From a virus: 64,000 bases of DNA. The position numbers and the translations under genes were made by a program. The stretch is taken from IMG/VR virus record IMGVR_UViG_3300037042_006682, positions 32,001 through 96,000 of that record; one strand, written 5' to 3'. The notes below the pieces were generated by a model that had not been told where the DNA came from, made no database searches, and saw only the letters and a program-made list of their open reading frames with translations. Shown here in pieces: positions 50,197-61,186 of this stretch (positions are counted from its first letter, which is position 1; each line of letters opens with the position of its first letter).

Positions 50197-50577
50197 TCAC
50201 CCATCACCCCGCGTGGCGTCCGGGGCAGGCGTTGACCCATCAACGGGCGTCTCGGGGAGAAACGCCCTCCACTCCGTGGCCCCTCCGCACCGCGGGCACA
50301 CATGCTCATGGCGCTGCTCCCACGACTGCACCTCGGCCCCCAGCAGGGCCGCCCACCCGCACTCCTCGCGCGTCACCGTGAGGTGCGAGCACCGATGTCG
50401 GAATTGAAACGCCTTGCAGGGGCACACCGCATCCCCATGGCCCTCGCGGAACCACCCCGCGACCTCGTGGGCCTCGCCGGGGTGACTCTTCGAGGGCACG
50501 CGCAGGTGCCACCGCACGATCGGCGGGGCCATGCAGGCCTGGTACTGCCGCATCGGCGGGGGCCTATGCGTCGGCAC
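50197..50577 (-). CDS. SWIM zinc-finger protein
   Basis: CPCKAFQFRHRCSH plus CPRC. Confidence 0.7.
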   Translation of the reverse strand: MPTHRPPPMRQYQACMAPPIVRWHLRVPSKSHPGEAHEVAGWFREGHGDAVCPCKAFQFRHRCSHLTVTREECGWAALLGAEVQSWEQRHEHVCPRCGGATEWRAFLPETPVDGSTPAPDATRGDG

Positions 50578-51005
50578 CGCTCACCCCCGGCACGCCATCA
50601 CCAGCTCGTTGAGGGCCGGCCACAGCCCCTCGAGATCCGCGTGCATCCGCGTGGCCTGGTCCACGACCACCACGCTGCGCCGCGGGAGCAGCGGCATCGC
50701 CCGCGCGGCCTCCGACAGGCTCAGCACGCGCACGCGCACCACCCCCACATCGAAGGCGTGGGCCGGGATCGTCAGATCGTAGACGGCCCCCAGGTGCGCG
50801 GCCTCCATGCGGCACCACTGCGTCACGCGCTCCGCGTCGCCCTGGCCCAGCACGATCGCGACCACCGTGCAGGGTTCGCGCCGCGAGATCGCCAGCTCGC
50901 ACGCCCCGATCACCTCATCGACGAACGGCGTCACGCACATGGATTTCACCTCCACGCCGATCTTCCGCCCGCCCCCGCGCACCTGCAAGTTTGTGGATTC
51001 CACCC

Positions 51006-51386
51006 TCACGGCAGACGGACACCCTGCTTGACACGGTGGTAGAACATGATCCCCGAGCCCACGAACTCCACCTTGCCGCTGAACCGGAAGGTGTCCCCCT
51101 TGCTCACCTCATCCGCGATCGGCTTCTTGAAGGTCACCGTAGCGTAGTTGCCGCTGTCGAACTTCACCGTCAGCACCTTGGGGCTCACGATGTCGAAGAC
51201 CTCGCCCTCGAAGGCGAGCACCTTGCCCTGCACGGCCTTACGGCACTGGTCCTTCTCGTAGGTCGTCTCCGAGCCATCCGCGCACCTGATCAGGGCCGCA
51301 TCGCCCTCCCCGGCCCGCACATGCCCCGCGAGGACGACCGCCGCCGTAAACACCGCAAACGCGACTGCCAGTTGGATCCGCTTCAT
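51006..51386 (-). CDS. Exported OB-fold protein
   Basis: Signal peptide; GKVLAFEGEV...KGDTFRFSGKV. Confidence 0.55.
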   Translation of the reverse strand: MKRIQLAVAFAVFTAAVVLAGHVRAGEGDAALIRCADGSETTYEKDQCRKAVQGKVLAFEGEVFDIVSPKVLTVKFDSGNYATVTFKKPIADEVSKGDTFRFSGKVEFVGSGIMFYHRVKQGVRLP

Positions 51387-52657
51387 TGTTCCACCCCTTG
51401 GTTGGGGGGCCGTCATTCGGCCCCGTACACTGCGGCCACGATCACCATGGCCACCATCATCGCCCCGAGCAGGAACAGCAGGGCGTTCCCCGCCCGGCCG
51501 TTGCCCCGCCCCACAAACAGCGCGCCCCCGAACCCCATAAAGACCAGCCCCACAGCGGCCACCACGACCAACGCCAGGACACGCCCCGTTGTCATGCGAT
51601 CCCAGCCTCGCGCGCCTTGCCCAGCGTGGCCAGGTACTCGCGCGTGAGGCGCCGGCCGCCAGGGAGCTGCAGCGTCGCGCGGATCGCCTCGCGCCCCGCG
51701 TCCTTGCCGCACCCGCTGCACTGCGCCACGTGGACGATGGGCTCCACCAGCAGCGCGAGCCCCGGCATCGTGAGCCCGCACACCTTCTCCCACTCGGCCA
51801 CCACGGCCTCCGCGACCTTCAGCGCCGCGAAGCCCTCGCCCGAGAAGCCCCGGCCATCGGTCGCCTGCTCCACGTGGTAGTCCACGAGCATGGCGTCGGG
51901 CTCATACCCCCGGCAGGTGCCCGTTACCGTGATCCCATGGCGCACGTCCCGCGGCCCCAGCTTGTGGTAGCGCTCGAAGCGCCGCTCCATCAGCGCGAAC
52001 GCCCAGGTGCGCAGGAGCCCATCGCGGGCCTCCGCCGTGAGGAGCCCCCGCGCGTGCTGCTCCCGCATCGCCTCGGCCCCCCCCTCCACGGGGATCCCCT
52101 GCAGCACGTGCTGCACGATCACTTCTTCGATGCCCAAGTTCATGATGCTCCCTCGCCCGGCAGCGTACCACGCCGCCACTGCCCGCGCACCCACCGCAAC
52201 GCCACGCGCTCCCCGTTGACGCAGCGGGCCGTGGCCCCCCGCAGGATGCGCCGCCCCCACGCCGTCCTCGGCTGCGGGAGGGCCCGCGCCGCATCGCAGA
52301 CCCCCTCGCGATAGTAGATGTCATACAACAGCATCGTCGTCCCGCTCCTCTCGTTCCTTCCAACCCCTCATCAAGCACATCATGCTACGCGCGAACGAGG
52401 GGCGCACCTCGTCATCCCCCCCATCCTCGACCACCAACTCCTCCTTGTTCAAGCCGCAGTAGTACACGGCCCCCGCCAGCGTGGGCCGCCACGCCAGGGC
52501 CTCGCACGCCCCGCAACAGCGATCAGGAGGGGAGGTTAACGTGCTGCTGTTACAGGCGCCCGCTTGGTAGTAGTGCTTAGAGATGTTGTTCATGGCTCAG
52601 AGCCCTTTCCGGCGCCAGGCGCCTGGGTTGTCAGTAGAGCCTATGGCTCCACCGAGA

Positions 52658-52687
52658 AAGTTAGCGCATCGCCCCAGGTTTGTCAAC
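52658..52687 (-). promoter_or_regulatory. sigma70-like promoter (GTTGACAAAC, -10 TAACTT)
   Basis: TTGACA-17 bp-TAACTT. Confidence 0.7.
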
Positions 52688-53408
52688 GCGCACCAGGCGG
52701 GGCCGGTACAGGGGCGGGGGGGCCTCCCGCACAAAGCGCTCGGCCAGGCCCTCCGGGGCGAGGCGCGGCCCATACCCCTCCCCACGCGAGAGCACCCGCG
52801 AGACGCACACCGCCCCAACCTCGGCGTAGCGCACCATCCAGAAGGCCGCGGCGACCTTGCGCGCCTGCTGGCCCCCGCACGCCACGACGTCCACCGCGCG
52901 CTCCCCGCAGGTCGCCCGCCAGATGTGCCACTGCTTCTCATTGAGCTTGGGCATGCCCCCTCCTCGCGGTGATGTGCCCGCACCGGGGGCACTCCCCCGG
53001 CCGCATCTGGATCCGGCTCCCCCACTCGTTGTCCGTCTGCGTCGGCGACGTGACCCCCAACGGCACGGCGCACACGACCAACCCCGAGGAGAAGAGCGCC
53101 CCGCACCGCTCACACGTCGTCATCGTCGTCGTGGTCGTTGGGGTACCACTCCACCGCCTGCGCGGCCGTAGCTTGCGCCTGCCCATGCGTCCGCTCCCTG
53201 ATGGGTCGAGTCATCACCATCAACTGCTCCAGGTGCCTGCCCGATTGACAAGCCCCCTTGGGTTGCGGGGGGAAGGGGCGGGGGCCAGCGTGGACCCGCA
53301 CCCCGCGCGCCATCAACGCCGCCCTGGTCTTCCGCGCCAACTCATTTATCGTCGCCAACAGCCGGCACGCCTCACAATCGCAGTATTCGATGGGGGCCTG
53401 CTCATCCG

Positions 53409-53813
53409 TCATGGCTGCACCTCGGCACTGACCCGCCACCGCTTGTCGAGGATCCCCGTGAGGTCCTCCTCGACGTCCCGCACGAGCACGTAACACTTGG
53501 CGCACAACGACCCGCAGTGGCGCCGGATGTTCTCCGCCGTCGCCTTCTGGCAGTCCAGCAGCCGCGCGTTCGCCGTGATCCCCTGGTCCACCAGGTCCTG
53601 CTGGCACCCGTCCAGCGAGTCCTCGGCCGCCGCGAGGCGTTTTTGCACCTCGTCGAGGCGTTTTTGCACCGCGTCGAGGCGTTGCTGCAACGCCGCCCGA
53701 TCATCGACCACCGACATCGCCTTCATCCGGTCCTCGACCACGAACCCTCCCAGCACCAATAACATCACGATCTCGACCGCCATAAGCGTCGTCATAATCT
53801 TCTTCCCGCTCAT
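53409..53813 (-). CDS. Membrane-anchored coiled-coil protein (paralog A)
   Basis: TM helix then DDRAALQQR; 21-bp tandem repeat at 53633-53689. Confidence 0.6.
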   Translation of the reverse strand: MSGKKIMTTLMAVEIVMLLVLGGFVVEDRMKAMSVVDDRAALQQRLDAVQKRLDEVQKRLAAAEDSLDGCQQDLVDQGITANARLLDCQKATAENIRRHCGSLCAKCYVLVRDVEEDLTGILDKRWRVSAEVQP

Positions 53814-54299
53814 GGCGTCACCTGGTCCATTCCATCCACCAGTTCTGCGATGGGCGTCCCTTTGCAAGTGGCCAGTTTTCGCTCTGCCAACCATGCGCTT
53901 GCATCGCGGTCGCGAACGTCCACATCAAACCAGGCACACCACGCACCACAGGGGTCTCCGTCAGCAGAAGACGACAGCGGGCAGTAAATCTTGCGCCACC
54001 CCGTCGTGCCGTCGGCCAGTGCCTGCTCGGTCTGTAGCTCTGGCGCACACCCAGGCGCGCTAATGTGTGTCCTCGCCTTTTTCATGGCAACACCATCAAA
54101 CTAAGGTTGTCCAACACAGCCTTCACCGCCTCTGCCTTCTCAAACTCCCCAGCGGCTTGATACCGCAGCATTACCGTCCTGGTAATCAGCAGCGCCCGGT
54201 TGCCGAACTCCTGCACCGCCGGACGGTCGATCGCCCGCTTTAGCTTCTCCAGGGCGGCGTTGCGTTCCGCTTCCACTGCGCGTATGTCGCGATACTTCG

Positions 54300-54608
54300 T
54301 CATGGCGTCACCTCCGTCGTGTACCCCGCGCAGACCGCCTGCATGCGCTCCCGCCACTCAACGCCCTTCTCCCGCTGGCACGCCTCCAGCTCGTCGTGGA
54401 ACTGCGTGGCGTCCCGCAGCATGTTCGCGTAGTCCTTCTCCACCTCTGCGGTGCGTTTCTGCATCACCGTGATGCGCTCTTGCAACGCCGCGTTGTCATC
54501 GGCGAACTTCCGGGCATCGCTCCACTTGAACGCCGTCAAGATGCCCATCACGAAGACGGCTGCAATCTCGATGGTGAGCAGGGCCGTCAACCCCGTGTTC
54601 CTATTCAT
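54300..54608 (-). CDS. Membrane-anchored coiled-coil protein (paralog B)
   Basis: TM helix then DDNAALQER. Confidence 0.6.
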   Translation of the reverse strand: MNRNTGLTALLTIEIAAVFVMGILTAFKWSDARKFADDNAALQERITVMQKRTAEVEKDYANMLRDATQFHDELEACQREKGVEWRERMQAVCAGYTTEVTP

Positions 54609-57194
54609 GGCTGCTCCTTGTTGGCCGCCGCGCAGACCGCCTTGATCGCCGCCCCGTCCCACCCCTTCCAGTCCAGCTTCCGTGACGCATCATCCTGGAG
54701 GGCGAACACGTCCGCATCCCGGATGGGATCCCCCTCCATCGCGACGATGTACCCGGCGACTGTCAGGTAATGCCGCCCGCAGGCGAACCCCCAATCGACG
54801 ATCGGCTTCTTCTCAGCCGGCGGCGCCTCCGGGGACGACAGCTCCGGCGGAGGCGGCAACGGATCAGTCGGGTAGAGCGCCGTCATGACCGCCCCCCCCG
54901 TCGACACGCGGCGAGGTCCTGGATCAGCATATCCGCCATGTTGCGCAGGAGGTCCCGCCCATCCTCGGTACACCGCTCGCACCGGCACTGGGCCGCCTTG
55001 CGCCGGAGGTAGTCCGCGCACTCGAAGATCGCACGGTCCCGCGCCAGCTGCTGATCCCGCTCGCACTGGCGGGGGCAGGGCGGCGCGGGCGCGGGCTCCC
55101 GCACGACGACCACCGTGTGATCGTGCCCCCCCGACCCCTGGCGCGCGGGCGCCAGGGCCACCCCCGTCATCGCGAACAGCCCCCCGATTGACATCTTGTT
55201 CCGTCCATCCCAGTCTCGTGGCATCACCCCTCCTTCAGCAGCGCCTGCAGCTCGGCGTCTAGGGCGGCGATCGCCCCCGTATGGTCGCTCAGCCACTGTT
55301 CACCGCGATACATCTCAAGGGCCGCCATCTGGTTCTCGTGCTCCATCCAGATCAGGAGCGCCCGCGCCCGGAGCCTCCGCGCCTCGTGCGCCGGCGCGGC
55401 GCTGGGGCCGGCCAAGGGAGCGGGGGGCACCCACCGCCGCTGCTCAGCCGCGCGCGCGCGCTCCGCCGCCCACCGGATGATGTCGGGCGTGCCGGGCCCC
55501 TTGCGGTCGGGGCCGTCGTAGCTGTGGGTGCAGGCCGCGCACAGGGCCCGGCCTGCCTCCGCGATGTTGTCGGCGCAGACCGCGCAGCGGCGCCCCTCGG
55601 CGCGCTGATGGAACAGGTTGCAGGGCCCCACCGGGCGCTGCCCCTCGCACCACGCCCCCTCGTGGACGCACCTCCGGCACTCGTCATCGCTCATGGGGTC
55701 TCCTCGGCGCTCATACGGTTCTTCTCCTTCTGCTTGCGCACCCACGCGAGCCGCCGCAGCCGCCAGCAGCTCCCGCAGGACGCCTTGAGCATCCACTCCG
55801 GGTGCTCGCTCCCCGCCGCATCCCGCGCCAGCGCCGCCGCCACGACCCGATCGAGCCCCGCCCGCTCCGCGTACTGCATCCCGCAGATCGACACGCGCTG
55901 GGGCTCCCCGTCCACGAGGCGATGCCAGTGCAGCACCGGCCCCGTGTCGTACCAGATGCCGCTCCGCACGGCCTATTCGCCCCACCACGTGCATGGCGTA
56001 TCGATCGTCTCCCAGACCTGCTGGTCGTTGACGCCATCGACGAGGACGTTCAGGCGCCGCAGGACCACCCGCCCCCCGGCGTCGCGCTGGACCTCGCACC
56101 AGGAATCCACGACCCCCCCGTAGCCCGCATCCGTCAGCTTCACGACCGCCCAGATGAAGGCCACCGCGCAGACCCCGCAGAACAGCACCCACCCCATGAC
56201 GACCACGGGCGGCAGGGGCGCGGGCCGGTACAGGGCGGCCATGTTGATCACGGCTTCCTCCTCCTCGCCCGTCATGGCCCCACCTCGCCGACGAGGACGC
56301 CACAGCCCGCGCAGGGGGCCTCGCAAGGGGGCCGCCCATCGCTGTACACGCGGACCCACGGGGCCGATCCGCGCCCCGCTTGGGCCTCCTCCAGCCGCCC
56401 ATGCTGGTGCAGGCAGTCCACGCAGTAGAGGACGCCGCCAGGGTCGAGGTAGGCGCAGATGGCCCGCGTCATGTCCCGCGCTCCTGCAAGTCGTAATAGA
56501 TCTCCCCCACTAGGGTGACATCCTCGGTGTAGACCTCGCTAGCCGTGATGATCGTGCGCGCCCCGCACGCCGGGCACTCGAAGACGTCCCCCCGCAGGCA
56601 GTAGCCCGTGCTGCGCATGCGCACCACGACGCCGTTCTTCTGGCACCGCAACTCCACCCGGCACCCCGCGCACACCTTCATCGGCCCCCCTTGCGATCCG
56701 CGTGAACCGCCAACACGATGTCCGCCAGCCCCTCCCAGCGGATGATCGCGGGCATGACCTCCAAGATCAACGCCAGTACCGTGCGGGTCCAGGCCTCCAC
56801 CTCGCCCGCACGCAGCTCTAGGACCCCGACCTGCTCCTGTTCAACCATGGCCTGCACCAGCTCGTTCAGCTGCCGCGTAAGATCTGCCAGCGCCTGCACG
56901 CCCCCCTCCGGGGGGGACTCGTCCTGGCCCACCGAGGCCACCGCATCCTGCTCACCGTCGCTCATCGCTTCTCCTTGAGGGCGCGCTCCACGGCCCGCAG
57001 CCCCTCGGCCACGTCCCGCAGCGCCCCGTTGATGTCCTTCAGCGCGCTCACCACGTCCCGCAGCTCCGCCGGCGGCCCCTCGGAGGCCCGCACGGGCGCC
57101 GGCTGCAGGGCGAGCGCCCCCACGCACAGCACCGCGAGGCCCACGAATCCCAGCACCCGCGCGCGATAGCACGCCCACAATCCGCTCCACGTGA

Positions 57195-57842
57195 TCAGCA
57201 TGTTGCCCCCCGGTGCCAAGCAAAGCTGTACCGCGACCGCTCCCTAGCCCACGCGCGCTTCACGGCCTGGCACTGGGCCCGCGCCCAGCAGTCCATCCAG
57301 GTCGCCCGCGGGCGCCAGTAGCGCCGCAGCGCGGCCATGTCTTCGAGGTTGTCCGCGCTGATGTGGTCCCAGATGTCGGCCCACACCACCCCGTAGTGGG
57401 GGCCGCGCCCCGCGCCCCGCGGGAGGCGGTAGGTGCGGGCATCCCCCTCGACGATCGCCAGGCGGGTGCCCCAGCGCTCCCGCAGCGTCGGCGCCACGAG
57501 GGCGATCACCTCGGGGACCAGCTCCACGACCGTGACGCCCGTCACCTCGGGCCGCGCCAGCATGGCCTCGGCCACGAGCCCGAGGCCGAGCCCGAACACG
57601 AGGCACTCCCCCGTGGCCCGGCGCACCGCCTCGCGGTGGTCGCGCGCCTCATCCGGCGTGTCGCTCATCACGAGGGTGCCCCCGCGCATCAGGCTCGTGT
57701 AGGCGCCCTCGGGCACCCAGCGCCCGCGCCCCTTGACCGTCGCCTTCAGCATGTCGAGCCGCGCGTCGTCCGGCGACACCGTGTAGCGCTCCACGCGCCA
57801 CGCCCCAGCCTGCCCCTCGGGGATGTTGGCCTGCCACTGCAT
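57195..57842 (-). CDS. Class I SAM-dependent methyltransferase (spermidine-synthase-like fold)
   Basis: MSDTPDE, VFGLGLG, VVEL, EGDA, WADIW. Confidence 0.75.
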   Translation of the reverse strand: MQWQANIPEGQAGAWRVERYTVSPDDARLDMLKATVKGRGRWVPEGAYTSLMRGGTLVMSDTPDEARDHREAVRRATGECLVFGLGLGLVAEAMLARPEVTGVTVVELVPEVIALVAPTLRERWGTRLAIVEGDARTYRLPRGAGRGPHYGVVWADIWDHISADNLEDMAALRRYWRPRATWMDCWARAQCQAVKRAWARERSRYSFAWHRGATC

Positions 57843-58600
57843 CGTTCAACCATCGTTCAACCTCCAGCCTCTACGCGGGGAGCCCCGCGCGCAACCTGCC
57901 ACCGTTCAACGCGGGATCCCGATCCCGTGCGCATGCGCGTACGCCAGCGCCTTGGCGCCGATGGCCAGCACGGCGTCGAGCTGCGCCCGGCTCATGGGGT
58001 TCGTCTGCCCGCAGCAGCGCCCCAGGAGGGCCCCCTGGGCCTCCACCATGGTCCGCCGCTCCTCGGGGGTCAGGGCCCCCGCATATCCCCGCACGGCCTT
58101 GTAGACCGCGAGGGCGTCCTTCCAGCTCAGCACACGGTCCATCAGGCATCCGCGCGCGCCGCAAAAAAAGCCACACGCAGGCACTCCGTCGTGCGCTCGT
58201 AGGCGCAGTCCGGGGCGTGCCCCTCGATCTGGTGGCAGGAGCACGGCGCCACCTCAGCCCAGTGCACCCGCATATAGTCAAGGAAGGCATGCGCCTCCAA
58301 CAAGACCTCTTCCTGCGCATGCGCATGCGCGGGCGAACGCATCCACTCCCAGGGCGTCATGCCCGCCCCCGCAGCGCCGCCACCACGACAGCCCGCGCGA
58401 TCCGATCCCGCCCCACCTCGACCTCGGCCACGAGCGCCGCCGGCTTGTCCCCGTGCTCCGCCGCGAGGAGACCCGCCCACATGGGGCCGCCCCGCAGCAC
58501 GCAGGCGCGGCGCCCCACGAACTTACCCTCATGCTCTAGCATCCGTGTGCCCTGCGCATCCATGATGATCCTTCCCCCCTGGCCCCTAGGGCCTGCAAAG

Positions 58601-58630
58601 GCGTTAGCACGCCCCGCCCGGTTTGTCAAC
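58601..58630 (-). promoter_or_regulatory. sigma70-like promoter (GTTGACAAAC, TG-C-TAACGC)
   Basis: TTGACA-17 bp-TAACGC. Confidence 0.6.
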
Positions 58631-61071
58631 TACTCGCGGCCCTGGGCCACCATAAACCGCGTGGCGAGCCCCGCGAACCACGCCACCACGTCCTGCACGG
58701 CCTCCGCGCCCCCCGCCCCGATCACCGCGGCGTCAGCCACCGCGCGCTTGCTCTCGATCAGCTCGATCATGTCAGTGTCGAACGTGTCCTCACCAGCGAG
58801 CCAGTAGGAGTTGATCGACTCGGCCTCGCTGCCGATGCGGTGCACACGCCCCTCGGCCTGGTTCATGTCCGCGGCGTGCCACCCGAACTCCACGAAGGCC
58901 ACGGTCCCCGCGCACTGGAGGTTCAGGCCCACGCCGGCGGCCTTGAGGCTGCACACGATCACGCGGCACGCGGGGTCCTTCCAGAAGCGGTCCACGGCGT
59001 CCGCGCGCTCGCGGTCCGTGCTCTCCCCGCTGAGGGCCACGGCCCCGTAGGGGGCGAGGGCCGCGAGGAGCTTGCCCTGGATGGCCTTGTGGTGCGCGAA
59101 CACCACGAGCTTCTGGCCCTCGGCGCCGTCGAGCCACGCCTCGATCCAGTCGACCGCGCTGGCGAGCTTGAACTCGGCCGCCATCTGGCGGAGGGCGTTG
59201 ATCCGCACGAGGGCCTCGGCGTGGAACGCGCGCTCCGATAGCGAGCCCTTGGCCTCGCGGAGCCACTCGATGGCGTCGCACATGGCGTCCGCGAAGGCGG
59301 CCTTGTCCCGGATCTCGCAGGGCACCACGGTCCGCTGGAGGGCCGGCAACTCTTTTACGACGTCCGCCTTCTCGCGGCGCACCATGCAGGTCGCGCGCAG
59401 GCGGCGGTTCAGCTCGCCGAGGTTGCTGGCGCCGCTGAGGTCCCACCCGTAGCGGCCCTGCGTGGCCTTGCAATACTGCTTCACGAACGCCCAGAACCCG
59501 CCGAACTCGCCGAGGCGCCCGAGCACGTCGAGCTGGTGCACCAGCTCCACGGGGCGGTTCATGATCGGGGTCGCGGTGAGGAGCAGGCGGGACTTAATGC
59601 TCTTCATGAGGGAAAGGCCCTTAACGCGCCCGGACTGTTGCGTTTTCGCGTCCTTGATCGCCTGGCACTCGTCCACGATGATCGCCCGGAAGCCGCGCGC
59701 CGCGACCTCGGGGGTGGGCTCGTACACCGTGCGCTCCCGGCCGCCCTTGCCCGGCGCCTTGACGGCGACCGTGAGCTTGCTGAGCTGCGCGTAGTTCACG
59801 ATCACGAAGTCGCCGCTGAGGTCGATCTTGCCGTTGACCTCGCTGCTCGTGCGCCCCGCCAGAAACTTGTCGATCTCCTTGCGCCACTGGCGCTTGACCG
59901 CCTTCGGCGCGATCACGAGGCAGGGGTAGGCGCCGAGCTGCTCGACCGTGATCATGGCCTGGGGGGTCTTGCCGAGGCCCGTGTCGTCGGTGATGAGGAC
60001 GTTCCTGTTGGCCACGGCGTAGGCGATGCCCGCCTTCTGGAAGGGGTAGGGAGTGACGCCGGCGGCCAACCCGGTCAGGGTCACCTCGGCGTCGGCCGCG
60101 CGGCTCGCCTCGACGTTGGCCAGGGCCTGGGCCACCGTCGCCTGCCCGAACGTGGCCACCGCCGCCGCCACGCGCCAGTTGAAGCGGCCCGCGAGGGCCT
60201 GGACCGCCGTGCAGTTCTCCGCCGTCGCCTTGACGACCCACACCCGGCGCTCGCCGTCCCAGCGGCGGCCCTGGAGGTCCTTGATCGCCGCGGTGGCCTC
60301 GGGGCTGTAGGGGGTGCGCAGGATGAGCTGGCCGTCCACGAGGGTCACATGGTCGGCCTTGGGGGCCTCGGCCTGGGGGGCCGGGGTGGCGGCGTCCGCG
60401 GCGTGGGCCGCGAGGAGGGCGCGGGCCACGGCGGGGCAGGCGATCTCGAAGCGGTCGAGGATCGCGAGGAGGGCCGCGGCGTTGCCGCGCATCGCGGCGA
60501 CCCAGATGCGGCGCGCGCCGTCCCAGCGGCGGCCACTCAGGGCCTTGACCGCCGCGGTGAAGTCGACGTCGTAGTGGGTCTGGAAGAGCAGGTCCTGCCC
60601 CTCGACCCAGGCCACGTACGCGCAGGTCTTGGTGTCGGCGAGGGCGCGGCGGTCCGAGGGGCAGCCCGCGCTCGCCGCGTAGGTCGCGAGGGCCACGGTC
60701 TTGAGGGCGGCGGCGGTCGCGGCGGCGGCGCGCGCCTTGAAGGCCTCGTAGTTGGCGTGGCGGTCCACCCCGACGCGGGGGAGGGCGTCCACGTCGATGC
60801 CGAAGCCCGCGAGCTGGCCCTTGTAGGTGCGGCAGAGGGCGCTGACGCCCGCCACGTCCTCGGCCGTCCAGGCCTCGGGGGCCACGGCGGCAATGGCGCG
60901 GCCGTAGGAGGTGTCCGAGGCGCTGAACCCCACGTCGTCCTTCTTCTTGGCGCCGTCACAGACGCCCGCGAGGGCGCGCACGGCCGCGTGGAGTTGCTGG
61001 GCAAGGGCGAGCAGCTCGTCGGAGGTGAGGGCGGCGAGGGCGGCGAGGGTGATGATCGTGTTGGCTTCCAT
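58630..61071 (-). CDS. SNF2-family helicase with two HARP-like domains (SMARCAL1-like)
   Basis: Two Y...AxK.L.GRRWDG.RR.W repeats; DDTGLGKT, DECQ, TATP, GLNLQ, QAEGRVHRIG. Confidence 0.88.
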   Translation of the reverse strand: MEANTIITLAALAALTSDELLALAQQLHAAVRALAGVCDGAKKKDDVGFSASDTSYGRAIAAVAPEAWTAEDVAGVSALCRTYKGQLAGFGIDVDALPRVGVDRHANYEAFKARAAAATAAALKTVALATYAASAGCPSDRRALADTKTCAYVAWVEGQDLLFQTHYDVDFTAAVKALSGRRWDGARRIWVAAMRGNAAALLAILDRFEIACPAVARALLAAHAADAATPAPQAEAPKADHVTLVDGQLILRTPYSPEATAAIKDLQGRRWDGERRVWVVKATAENCTAVQALAGRFNWRVAAAVATFGQATVAQALANVEASRAADAEVTLTGLAAGVTPYPFQKAGIAYAVANRNVLITDDTGLGKTPQAMITVEQLGAYPCLVIAPKAVKRQWRKEIDKFLAGRTSSEVNGKIDLSGDFVIVNYAQLSKLTVAVKAPGKGGRERTVYEPTPEVAARGFRAIIVDECQAIKDAKTQQSGRVKGLSLMKSIKSRLLLTATPIMNRPVELVHQLDVLGRLGEFGGFWAFVKQYCKATQGRYGWDLSGASNLGELNRRLRATCMVRREKADVVKELPALQRTVVPCEIRDKAAFADAMCDAIEWLREAKGSLSERAFHAEALVRINALRQMAAEFKLASAVDWIEAWLDGAEGQKLVVFAHHKAIQGKLLAALAPYGAVALSGESTDRERADAVDRFWKDPACRVIVCSLKAAGVGLNLQCAGTVAFVEFGWHAADMNQAEGRVHRIGSEAESINSYWLAGEDTFDTDMIELIESKRAVADAAVIGAGGAEAVQDVVAWFAGLATRFMVAQGRE

Positions 61072-61125
61072 TGAGGCCTCCTGGCGCCAGGCGCCGGTTT
61101 GTTGATGGGACCATGCCCACTCAGA

Positions 61126-61155
61126 AACGTAACGCCGCCAGCCGGGTTTGTCAAC
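61126..61155 (-). promoter_or_regulatory. sigma70-like promoter (GTTGACAAAC, -10 TACGTT)
   Basis: TTGACA-17 bp-TACGTT. Confidence 0.7.
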
Positions 61156-61186
61156 AACAGATCAACGGGGGTGTGGGGGGGGGGCC

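Larger units (their letters stand above)
51413..57223 (-). other. Second cluster of small hypothetical, Cys-rich and membrane genes
   Basis: Chain of overlapping short minus-strand ORFs. Confidence 0.65.
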
